In this document: positions 12,479 to 20,287 of the stretch, in pieces
Numbering within the stretch: position 1 is the first letter of the stretch
How the letters are laid out: each line of letters starts with the position of its first letter
Source: a virus
Taxonomy: Duplodnaviria; Heunggongvirae; Uroviricota; Caudoviricetes
Length of the DNA: 60,844 nt
IMG/VR virus record: IMGVR_UViG_3300048496_000015
Direction: 5' to 3' (one strand)
Position numbers and translations under genes: made by a program
The notes under the pieces: generated by a model
Database searches by the model: none
Told to the model about the DNA's origin: nothing
Seen by the model: the letters and a program-made list of their open reading frames with translations, nothing else

Positions 12479-12594
12479 ACTTCATAATTATTGGCCCCTG
12501 TATCATAAAACCCTTCCTGTCAGCGTTTTATAAGGGTAAGTTTATTGCTCATACCGAAGTCTTCATGAGAGGGGAGCTCAAGGGAGTATTATGA
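12475..12594 (+). CDS. MNF-family micro-protein (39 aa)
   Basis: MNFIIIGPCIIKPFLSAFYKGKFIAHTEVFMRGELKGVL; ATGA-coupled. Confidence 0.6.
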   Translation: MNFIIIGPCIIKPFLSAFYKGKFIAHTEVFMRGELKGVL

Positions 12595-12911
12595 ACTTCT
12601 TTGATATCTTGAGCGACTGGCTCGAAGAAGAGGGCTTCGAGGAAGAGGGCTTCCAACTTATAGTTGGGCCACCCAGCTTGGGCTCCAAAGAGAAGACGCA
12701 AATACTTGTTCATCGTTGCACTCATCCTTCTCAGTGGGGAATGTTCTTAGAGGAAGGACGTGCTGGGGTTGCTCTGGCCTGGAATTATGAGATCACTCGA
12801 GAGACACCAGATGACTTTGAGATCACTCCTCGCAAGATTCTACCCCTGTCCGATCCAAAATTCTTCTCTAAACTCAAAAGACGCCTCAACACTCACAAGT
12901 GTAAGTCATGA
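12591..12911 (+). CDS. ADPxFF-family paralog, dispersed copy
   Basis: 'FFDILSDWL' ... 'PLSDPKFFSKL' ... 'HKC'. Confidence 0.75.
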   Translation: MNFFDILSDWLEEEGFEEEGFQLIVGPPSLGSKEKTQILVHRCTHPSQWGMFLEEGRAGVALAWNYEITRETPDDFEITPRKILPLSDPKFFSKLKRRLNTHKCKS

Positions 12912-13039
12912 ACTTTGAGATAATTGCCCCAAGGAGATTTAAAAGTAAGCACCCAGCCTATTGGGGAGTGAGGGAAGCTTGGATGCTCAAGAAAGAGTAC
13001 AGTAAAGTCAGGCGTCTAGTGAGGGAGTTCTCCAAATGA
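12908..13039 (+). CDS. MNF-family micro-protein (43 aa)
   Basis: MNFEIIAPRRFKSKHPAYWGVREAWMLKKEYSKVRRLVREFSK; ATGA-coupled. Confidence 0.65.
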   Translation: MNFEIIAPRRFKSKHPAYWGVREAWMLKKEYSKVRRLVREFSK

Positions 13040-13245
13040 CCGAAACAGGAATCCCCTGCTTTAAGTGTTCCAAGAGATCAGGAACCGATTGTCCGGGCCG
13101 TAAGAAAGATGAGGCGACCCTCTGCGACCCTTGTTTTAGGGTCAAGATGCTGGTCGATAGGGGCTCTGAGGCCCAGCACCTCCTCAACCAGTTGAATGAG
13201 GGGACTCTATCTCTCAAGGACTTCTATTACTTGGTCAAGGACTAA
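13036..13245 (+). CDS. Small zinc-finger protein
   Basis: CFKC...C...LCDPCF. Confidence 0.65.
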   Translation: MTETGIPCFKCSKRSGTDCPGRKKDEATLCDPCFRVKMLVDRGSEAQHLLNQLNEGTLSLKDFYYLVKD

Positions 13246-13352
13246 TGAATTTTAAAGTTATTGCCCCTAGGACCATCAAGTTGCATCATTGTATCCTAGG
13301 AATCCTCTATAGCCTCAAGAGGGATACCAAAAGACATCATTGGGTTGTATGA
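13245..13352 (+). CDS. MNF-family micro-protein (35 aa)
   Basis: MNFKVIAPRTIKLHHCILGILYSLKRDTKRHHWVV; TAATG/ATGA coupling. Confidence 0.65.
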   Translation: MNFKVIAPRTIKLHHCILGILYSLKRDTKRHHWVV

Positions 13353-13546
13353 ACTTTAAAGTCATTGTCCCATTTAAGAAGGTCCGCTTCTCACGTGTCC
13401 GTTTCGATAAGAAGAGGGTGGACACAGGACCGCTTGTTAGAGCCCGCTGGAATGGCTCAACAATTCCTCATGAGATTATTTATTGGGAGCACACTAGGCG
13501 TTTGATTTGGAGGGGATCAGATGGGTGGAGGGATTGTGAACTTTAA
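13349..13546 (+). CDS. MNF-family micro-protein (65 aa)
   Basis: MNFKVIVPFKKVRFSRVRFDKK...; start at ATG 13349. Confidence 0.65.
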   Translation: MNFKVIVPFKKVRFSRVRFDKKRVDTGPLVRARWNGSTIPHEIIYWEHTRRLIWRGSDGWRDCEL

Positions 13547-13700
13547 GAAAGTCATATCTTCACACCTGTTCCAAGAATGGCAAAAGAACAGAAAGAAGAG
13601 GGGGCTCTTTTTTACAACCATAATAGGTGTCCCTAGGATCCCTCACCTGTTCCCTTATCAGCTTACTGTACTGAAAACCCTTAATCGAAAATTCCAGTAA
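13536..13700 (+). CDS. MNF-family micro-protein (54 aa, GTG start)
   Basis: MNFKKVISSHLFQEWQKNRKKRGLFF...KFQ. Confidence 0.5.
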   Translation: MNFKKVISSHLFQEWQKNRKKRGLFFTTIIGVPRIPHLFPYQLTVLKTLNRKFQ

Positions 13701-14477
13701 GGGCTAGCATCCACACCGCAAGACATAGGATTAAGAACCAAAAGAGGCAGGCTAGACACCCCGCACATCCAAGGTAATCTTTATTCATGTTGCTCATACT
13801 TTAAGCTCTTAGAAAGTAAACTAAGCTGGGGAGAGGGGAACCCCCATTTGAGATATGTGTTGGGAGGGGGGATCCCCCACACGTGACCGGCCCCCCTCAC
13901 CCACGCAATTATTTCCACGCGCGGGCTCTTTAGGACCTAGTTCCCCTCTCGCCCAAAGACGTCCTTAAGGCACGTCCCTATCAGGGCCAACACCGAAGCA
14001 GCAAATCCAAAGCCCATGTAAATCATGACTTATTTACTTCAAGATGAGAGGGGGGCTTTATGAAGCGATACGCCATCCAATATAAAATAGTCGCCTATCT
14101 ATCGGATTTGGGAAGTAGTGAGGAGTTCCCCTCCTGTGTCATGTACATCGGTGTTCCGCACGCGGAATGATTATCGGGATGCTTATATGATCTTTGTGGG
14201 GTACAAATGATATGTGCAAAGCCGAGAGCGTGAGGCAGCGGACAAAGACCAAGGAGTAGACGCGACGACGGCCACTTTAGTACAGTCGAAGCTTATATAA
14301 TTCATGGACGGCGTAGAAATGTTCTGGCGGAGTCGAGAGGCTCCAGAGGGATTCTTCTTCATTTGGTTATTCTTACTGGCGTTGGCTATATTCCTGCTAT
14401 TTTGGCGAGGGGATAAAGCATCAAGCTCGGATAAAGAATAGGGCTTCCCTCCCCCGCTATCTTCCGCTTTTTAAAAA

Positions 14478-14523
14478 GCGAGTTTCAGGGTTTTTTAAGA
14501 GGTTCCCTTGTAGCCTCTACCTC
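14478..14523. repeat. 46-bp dispersed repeat, copy 1
   Basis: gcgagtttcagggttttttaagaggttcccttgtagcctctacctc; aligns without gaps to 15748-15793. Confidence 0.85.
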
Positions 14524-14581
14524 CGGTATTGTGTGTGAGGGCTTTCCTCACCTTGGGCCCTCCATAGAGGACCAAAAGTGA

Positions 14582-14606
14582 GGCTCCCCCTTGCTCGAGG
14601 GGAGCC
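14582..14606 (-). terminator. GC-rich hairpin downstream of 14626-14994
   Basis: ggctcccc-N9-ggggagcc; no clear U-tract. Confidence 0.45.
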
Positions 14607-14625
14607 CCGTTGGTGCCTTGGGCGC

Positions 14626-14994
14626 TTACTCTTCGGAGCCCTTGGCCTGGGCGGCCTTGAAGGCGTCGAAGTCGGCCTTGTCCTGGGCCTTCTTCGCCTT
14701 CCGGGCGTCGTTGCGGTGCTCGAGGCAGACCTTCACCTGGAAGAGGTCCGAGGTGAAAACCTTCCGGCGCTGGTCGCAACCCTCGTGGGTGCACTCGATC
14801 TCCACGAACTGCTTCTTGGCGACGTCGTCCCAGGCGAGCGTCCCCTCGATGAAGACCCGGTTCTTCTCGCGAAGCTGGGCTTCCGTGACCCGGCGACCCG
14901 GCTTGCCCTCCTTGGCGACGGCCTTGCGGATCTTGTTCTTCTGCTCGTCGGTCAGGTGGGTCATTCCGGCCAGGGTCTCTTCCACGTTCGGCAT
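14626..14994 (-). CDS. Basic Lys/Ala-rich Zn-finger protein, paralog A
   Basis: CTHEGC...TSDLFQVKVCLEH; GGAGG RBS; about half identical by eye to 18698-19141. Confidence 0.85.
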   Translation of the reverse strand: MPNVEETLAGMTHLTDEQKNKIRKAVAKEGKPGRRVTEAQLREKNRVFIEGTLAWDDVAKKQFVEIECTHEGCDQRRKVFTSDLFQVKVCLEHRNDARKAKKAQDKADFDAFKAAQAKGSEE

Positions 14995-15072
14995 CTCAAA
15001 CCTCCATGCTTTTACCTTGCCCTCAAGTCCCGCCGCGCCTCACGGCGCTCAAAGCGGTCTCGCGGCCCCCGC

Positions 15073-15101
15073 AGCCTAGCAGGCGCGCCGAGCCGCCGCA
15101 A
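15073..15101 (-). promoter_or_regulatory. Sigma70-type promoter (proximal) for paralog A
   Basis: Minus strand TTGCGG-N17-TAGGCT with extended -10 TGn. Confidence 0.7.
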
Positions 15102-15181
15102 CCACCGGCTGAAACCCCGGCCCTTCGGGGCGGGTGAGCGGCGGCGCGGCCTTGGAGCGCGTGACAGAGCGGGACGCCACC

Positions 15182-15210
15182 AGCCTAGCAGCCGCGCCCA
15201 GCCATCGTAA
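15182..15210 (-). promoter_or_regulatory. Sigma70-type promoter (distal) for paralog A
   Basis: Minus strand TTACGA-N17-TAGGCT with extended -10 TGn; 109 bp from the proximal copy. Confidence 0.65.
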
Positions 15211-15747
15211 CCATCGCTTGGCTGTATGAATATGACACAAGAGAGTTTAATTAAGCATGTGCGGAATCCTAACAAATTGATTCCCGTCCCATGTGCACAT
15301 GCCACAGGGCCGCTACAATAAGAACCGCCATTGATTATAATTGCGCACGTGTTCGCGATGCATATGACACAGCAGGACTGTATTAAAAAGCGCGCGCCAT
15401 CTAATGGCGGCCTGGAGACGCGATGCATATGCTATAGCGCGTCAAAGGTCTATGTGTGGTACCGTTTAATGTGCGATATCGCGACCAGAGACCCGCGCTT
15501 CGGACGGCTAAACACGAATCGCGGATCGGCGATCTGGGGGCACTGGGATCTTCTACATTAAGGCGGCGTATCGGCTCAATATATGCATCCCCCTCGTTCT
15601 GTCCAATTACCAGGTGGAAATACCGGCGGATATGACGCATCAAGACTTTCCCATCAAGCTAAGTGTATTGACAGGATCTCCCTCCGCCTCAGCTATCTTC
15701 CACCTGACCGCCGAGGTCAGCCTTACCCCTGGCTTCGCTCGGCGGCG

Positions 15748-15793
15748 GCGAGTTTCGCGGTTTTTAAAGAGGTTCCGCTAAAGCCTCTACCTC
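15748..15793. repeat. 46-bp dispersed repeat, copy 2
   Basis: gcgagtttcgcggtttttaaagaggttccgctaaagcctctacctc. Confidence 0.85.
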
Positions 15794-17002
15794 TAGTTGT
15801 CTATTGACCCACTAACCCTAGGAACGCCAGGATCGCCAGGATAAACCAAAGGAAATCGAGATCCTTGCTCGATGCCTTGGCCTTCATCCTTGCCATCAAG
15901 CGCCCTCCTAAAAGGGACTCGAATTTTAAGCTCCAAGCCATAAACCCCCGGCATGCTTGACGCAAGCATGTTGTTCCAGTTAGGTGTGGCTGCGTCCGAC
16001 CACTGCTTGGAGCAAGATTTAGGACCCCCTGCCTTCAGCGCTCTGCGTCAGTTCTCGCCATCTCGACCGTCTGGTCTACTGGGCGTGATCTGCTCGGTCG
16101 CCTAACGGGAGGGGGTCAAATTTTTGCCCCCCTGTGAATCAGATCCCCAAAAGGAGGGGCTCTGAGTCCGGGAGGACTTTGGTCGTTTCCGTCACTTGTT
16201 TATACTCGGTTGGCGGAGAGCAACGAGTTAAACTTCCTTGCCGACCTTACCGAGTGTGTGCCGCAAAGCGGCGTTCAGCGTGTGTTACGCTGCTTTTTGA
16301 TGTGAGTGCTTGCAACGACGGCGAGCACGCCAGCCTTTGAAGGCGGCAAAGCCCCCGGTTGCTAAGATGAAGAGACCCACGAGAGCCTCCCCGATCCCGA
16401 AACAGAGACAGGCGAGTGCGGTTTCCATGAACGTTCTCCTCTCTGGATTTTTGTCAGAGACCCAGTACGTGGTTGTCTGAGGTTCCTGGTCTTAACCAGC
16501 ATCAAGGGCTGCCTACTGCTTAGTCACAGATCGGCACCTAGAACCTTGAAGCCCGAGACAACCACCCAACAGGCCTCGCAGCGCAGGAACCTCTTTGCCC
16601 CTTGGGGCTTGAGGTGTGTTACGCCACATTGAGGGCTCACGCCCCACACAGGGGCTTAATTGAGCAAGTTTTACTGCCGGTCAGCGCTTAGCGCATAACT
16701 GGCCCTTTCCTCTTTGGAAGCCCGCCCAAAGCGAGGACGGACGCCCAAAGAGGGGCCCTCATCCGAGGGCCCCGGATCCAGAGAGAGGAGGTGCCTGTGC
16801 TTTCTAGCCCTTAGCGGGCAAGGCCTTTACTGCCCCCCACAGGGGAGGCGCGGCCTCTTTCGTGCGCCGCTATCCCACCAGGGCGGGCAAGCGCCCGCCA
16901 CCATCCGTTAGCTGCGCTGGTCTCCATCTCGACTCCCCGCAGGGAGCCGGGAAGGAGAGAGGCCCGAGCACCAGACTCGGACCTCAACTCCCCGGTGCTT
17001 GG

Positions 17003-17521
17003 TTAGTTCAGCGGACCGTCCGGGATGTCACCTCGCCGCAAGCGCGGCGGGTTGAGCCCGGTGACCGGGAGCTGGGGCGAAACTCCCTCGGCTTCGGGCG
17101 GAAGCGCGCCCATACCTGCGAGCAAGGCGAGGATCGGGTTCTGCCCGCCTTCGGCCTTCATGAAGGCCGCGTGCTCCTTCTTCCAGGTCGCGATCGCCTC
17201 GGGGCTGAGGTCGATCTCGGTGGGGAGCTCACCCCGCTGGAGCTGGCTGTACTTCTCGTGCAGCAGCTCGAGGGCCGGGACGGCCTTGCCCAGCAGGTCG
17301 CCGATGAGCGCCTTGGTGTCGTGGACTCCCGCTTCCACGAACTGGGGCTCGATGACCTGGATGTCCTTGAGCTTCAAGGCCATCGCCATCGCGACCTTGG
17401 ACGTGATGGTGAGGGCGGTCATGCCCTCGCGGAGAGTGCTCTTCTCCTTGTGGCTGAACGCCAGACCACAGGTGCACTCGGGGGCGAAACAGGCCGGATT
17501 CGGCTTGGCTTTCTTCTTCAC
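17003..17521 (-). CDS. Hypothetical protein with N-terminal Cys cluster
   Basis: GTG start after ggaggtgcttg; 'CFAPECTCG'; strong GC3 bias. Confidence 0.75.
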   Translation of the reverse strand: MKKKAKPNPACFAPECTCGLAFSHKEKSTLREGMTALTITSKVAMAMALKLKDIQVIEPQFVEAGVHDTKALIGDLLGKAVPALELLHEKYSQLQRGELPTEIDLSPEAIATWKKEHAAFMKAEGGQNPILALLAGMGALPPEAEGVSPQLPVTGLNPPRLRRGDIPDGPLN

Positions 17522-17672
17522 CAAGCACCTCCTTGAAAGAGAGTCGAAATACCTGACCACCTGGACCTTGGTGGGTTACCAAGACCAAGGTGGTGGCTCC
17601 CCGCAGGAGCCACGGCGCGGGCCTGTGCCATATCCCATCAGGATGGCCAAGCCCGCGCCACCACCGCTGTGC

Positions 17673-17894
17673 TTACCGGCGGTTCCTCTCGCCCATGGCG
17701 TGTTCGCGGGCACCCCGCAGCATGGAGCTGTTGAGCTGGATCCGCACGATCCCACGTTCGGCCAGAGCAGGCAGATTTTCTTGGATGAGCCGGTGCATCT
17801 TGCCCCGTGCATCTCCAAGGTCCAGCCTGGCTTTCTCGACGTTGACGGCTTCGCCCATCAACTGGCGCTCTACTTCCTTCATTCGTTCGTCCAC
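17673..17894 (-). CDS. Small helical hypothetical protein
   Basis: GTG start with the same 14-nt initiation region (ggaggtgcttggtg) as the gene starting at 17521. Confidence 0.7.
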   Translation of the reverse strand: MDERMKEVERQLMGEAVNVEKARLDLGDARGKMHRLIQENLPALAERGIVRIQLNSSMLRGAREHAMGERNRR

Positions 17895-17954
17895 CAAGCA
17901 CCTCCATTAAAGAGAAACGATCCCAAGTTTGTGTTTCCCCCTCAAGTGTGGTAC

Positions 17955-18137
17955 CTAGAGCCCTTGACCAGCAGCTCTTTCCCTCCGTCCCTCCAGATCC
18001 TTGATCTCCTTGGAGATCCTCTCAACTTCGGGACTGGCCTTGATGAGCTTCGCCGCTTCAAGGCGACGATAGGCCCCTTCGATCGCCCGGGTGAACCGGA
18101 CGACGTCCTGCTCCTTCTGAGTGAGGGTTCCTAACAT
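17955..18137 (-). CDS. Small helical hypothetical protein
   Basis: 60-aa ORF with ggaggtga RBS. Confidence 0.65.
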   Translation of the reverse strand: MLGTLTQKEQDVVRFTRAIEGAYRRLEAAKLIKASPEVERISKEIKDLEGRRERAAGQGL

Positions 18138-18201
18138 ATGTCACCTCCCTGAGACGTACCTCACGACTCATATTTTGTGTGGTACGCCTTAGGGAAGCCC
18201 C

Positions 18202-18438
18202 CTACTTAAGGGGGAACCCCGCCACCTTGTACGTTGCCGCTATAGACCTTAAGCCCATAGCTTGCAAGTAGTAGGTTGCTCGGATAGAGGGCCACCTGTT
18301 TCCAAGGGCCCTCAGTTCACGGGCCTTCTCCAATGCCCACTTTCTGGCAAGGTATAGACCCCTTGCCTGTCCGTGATTGAAGGCAACAGCTTCTCCTACC
18401 AGCACGGTGCCTCCTTTCTCCCTAGGAGCTCGGATCAC
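18202..18438 (-). CDS. Basic hypothetical protein
   Basis: 78-aa ORF in the same transcription unit. Confidence 0.5.
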   Translation of the reverse strand: MIRAPREKGGTVLVGEAVAFNHGQARGLYLARKWALEKARELRALGNRWPSIRATYYLQAMGLRSIAATYKVAGFPLK

Positions 18439-18653
18439 GAGCGCCTAGAGAGGCCCCCGATCGGGGGCCAGGTAGAAACTAGACGGCCGGAGGCGCGATT
18501 GAGGCTGCCCAGAGCACGGACTCGCGTGGGCTCCAGCGCGAAGGTTAGGCTAGTTCACAAGCATCTCCTTCATGTGTTAGAGTTGGCCGTGGGATGAAAG
18601 ATAGCGCTATCTCCACTCGAGCCCCCGGTGTGTTACAGGAGCTTGAGTGGAGA

Positions 18654-18679
18654 GGGGTGCCCCCTTTCGGGAGCACCCC
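18654..18679 (-). terminator. GNRA-capped hairpin downstream of paralog B
   Basis: Minus strand ggggtgctccc-GAAA-gggggcacccc; 11-bp stem with a G-U pair that works only on the minus strand. Confidence 0.65.
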
Positions 18680-18697
18680 CGCTCCGGCCCGTGTGTG

Positions 18698-19141
18698 TTA
18701 CTCCTCGACTTCGGCCTCGCCCTCGGGCTCGGCCTCGGCCTCGGGCTCCGCCGTGGTCGTGGCCTCGGCGGCGCGCTGCTTCTTGAAGTCCTCGAAGGCC
18801 ACCTTGTCGGCGTCCTTCTTGGCCTTCTTGGCGGCAGCCCGGTGGTCCAGACACACCTTGACCTGGAAGAGGTCGCTGGTGTAGACGTCCCGCTTGGTGC
18901 TGCAGCCGGAGTGCGTGCAGACGATCGTGACCTGCTGCTTGCCTGCCGCCTCGTCCCAGCGGAGGCTGTCCTTGACGACGTGGGCGTACTTGCCCTCGAT
19001 CGTCTCCTTGGAGATCCGGCGGCCCTTGCCCGCCTTCTCCTTGGCCACCGCCTTGCGGATCGTCTCCTTCTGAGCGTCCGTGAGGTGGCTCATTCCCGCG
19101 AGCGTCTTCTCGACCTCGGGGGAGCTCTTGAGATCGGCCAT
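18698..19141 (-). CDS. Basic Lys/Ala-rich Zn-finger protein with acidic tail, paralog B
   Basis: Start MADLKSS at 19141 after AGGAGG; CTHSGC...TSDLFQVKVCLDH; tail EPEAEAEPEGEAEVEE. Confidence 0.85.
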   Translation of the reverse strand: MADLKSSPEVEKTLAGMSHLTDAQKETIRKAVAKEKAGKGRRISKETIEGKYAHVVKDSLRWDEAAGKQQVTIVCTHSGCSTKRDVYTSDLFQVKVCLDHRAAAKKAKKDADKVAFEDFKKQRAAEATTTAEPEAEAEPEGEAEVEE

Positions 19142-19277
19142 TCTGGCCTCCTGTCTTCTTGGGGGGTCTTCCCGCCGGGGTCCCCCCCCGGCCGGGCCGC
19201 TCCGCCTTGCGGCGGGGCGGGGGCGGCGCGCGCCCCCCGGCGGCGCGCCGCTGCTGCGCGGCGGTCCCGCGCCCCAG

Positions 19278-19504
19278 CAGCCCACCAGAGCCGCCGAGCC
19301 GCGCAACCACCGGGCGCAACTCGCGGTGGCCGCCCCCCCGCGAGCGCGGGGAGCGACGGACACGGCGAGCGCACGACCAGCCCACCACGGCCAGCGGGCC
19401 GCACAACCACCGGGGAAAACCCCGGCGACGGCGGCACCGCAAAGACGCGGCGAACCGGACACGAAAAGCCACAAGCAGCCCACCAGGGCCCCCGCCCCCC
19501 ACAA
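19278..19504 (-). promoter_or_regulatory. Three tandem promoter-like motifs at 100/98-bp spacing
   Basis: cagcccacca at 19278, 19378, 19476; minus strand TTG(C/T)G(C/G)-N16-TGGGCT; homologous to the 15073 and 15182 promoters. Confidence 0.5.
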
Positions 19505-19521
19505 GTATACGGGGGAACTAT

Positions 19522-19553
19522 GGGGGAGGGGGGGGGCCCCGGGGGGGGAGGGG
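19522..19553 (+). other. G-tract (G5-A-G9-C4-G8-A-G4) at the GC-rich/AT-rich junction
   Basis: Read directly; composition switches abruptly to AT-rich after about 19560. Confidence 0.7.
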
Positions 19554-19621
19554 TTGTCGGGTCGATTTCTGACGAAAAATATGTTCCGTGTCAGCCTTTA
19601 ATATGTTAATGTATGGAGAAT

Positions 19622-19930
19622 TTATATCACAAGATTTAGACCGAGCCAATCGTCCATCTTATCAAAAAATTTAGGATCAGCTAGAAATACACGTAATTTA
19701 CTGGGGCCTGGATTTGTCATACTCATATCAACGATAATATGCCGCATTAACTCAACATGCTCAGGATAAACATAAATGCTGATAGCCTTAGGGTCGTTGA
19801 TACGAATTATACCCATAAGAGGACAAGACATGTCCATTTGGGCCGGATCTTCACAAGTTCGTATAGAAAGGTAGCCGCGATGCTCTTTGAGCCATTCGTG
19901 GATCAGTTCTAAAACGCTAGGTTCATGCAT
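19622..19930 (-). CDS. ADPxFF-family paralog
   Basis: VLELIHEWL / FLADPKFFDKM. Confidence 0.8.
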   Translation of the reverse strand: MHEPSVLELIHEWLKEHRGYLSIRTCEDPAQMDMSCPLMGIIRINDPKAISIYVYPEHVELMRHIIVDMSMTNPGPSKLRVFLADPKFFDKMDDWLGLNLVI

Positions 19931-20002
19931 ACGGGTCCTTCTGGGTCCTTGCTCTTGTCGATTTTGAATTCGTGAAAATTCATATGTTAGGCTTTAATAA
20001 GT

Positions 20003-20287
20003 TTATGTACAACGAGTTTGTTTATTTCGTTCATATCGAGTAGTGATAATGTCATGACATATTGCAAGATTGTTCATAAGCTTAGTAAGAAACTCAGGAT
20101 CGGAAGCGTGAATGATATCACCACAATGCCACGCAAATGCTCCGTCGTTAGAAATATATCCGACACTGCCAATACCTCGGCACTGACAAATTATAACATC
20201 TTTAAAATCATTGATTATTTGATAATGACCGCCACATATCTTGAAGTGGTCAGCAACGAGCATCGAGAGAGTGGGGAACTCGCTCAT
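20003..20287 (-). CDS. ADPxFF-family paralog (CxC+H type)
   Basis: LSMLVADHF / ICQCRG / HASDPEFLTKL..ICH. Confidence 0.8.
   Translation of the reverse strand: MSEFPTLSMLVADHFKICGGHYQIINDFKDVIICQCRGIGSVGYISNDGAFAWHCGDIIHASDPEFLTKLMNNLAICHDIITTRYERNKQTRCT

Noticed and set aside
14478-14523. 46-bp repeat as an intrinsic terminator
   Set aside because: The T-run precedes the hairpin on plus and becomes an A-run after it on minus, so neither strand gives hairpin plus U-tract
11770-19600. tRNA, tmRNA or ribozyme genes in the non-coding zone
   Set aside because: No cloverleaf with a T-loop GTTCRA pattern and no hammerhead or HDV core recognised by eye; an Infernal or tRNAscan run is needed to exclude them
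17025-19609. Long GC-rich ORFs 17025-18134 (+), 18647-19609 (+), 18633-19502 (-), and the 268-aa extension of 18698-19504
   Set aside because: Antisense or alternate-frame shadows of real minus-strand genes, or read-through of near-stopless GC DNA; low-complexity R/G/A/P translations without RBS
19909-19983. 24-aa ORF MNFHEFKIDK... as another MNF micro-gene
   Set aside because: Very short, lacks the I-x-P part, and MNF starts occur elsewhere (NadV); insufficient support
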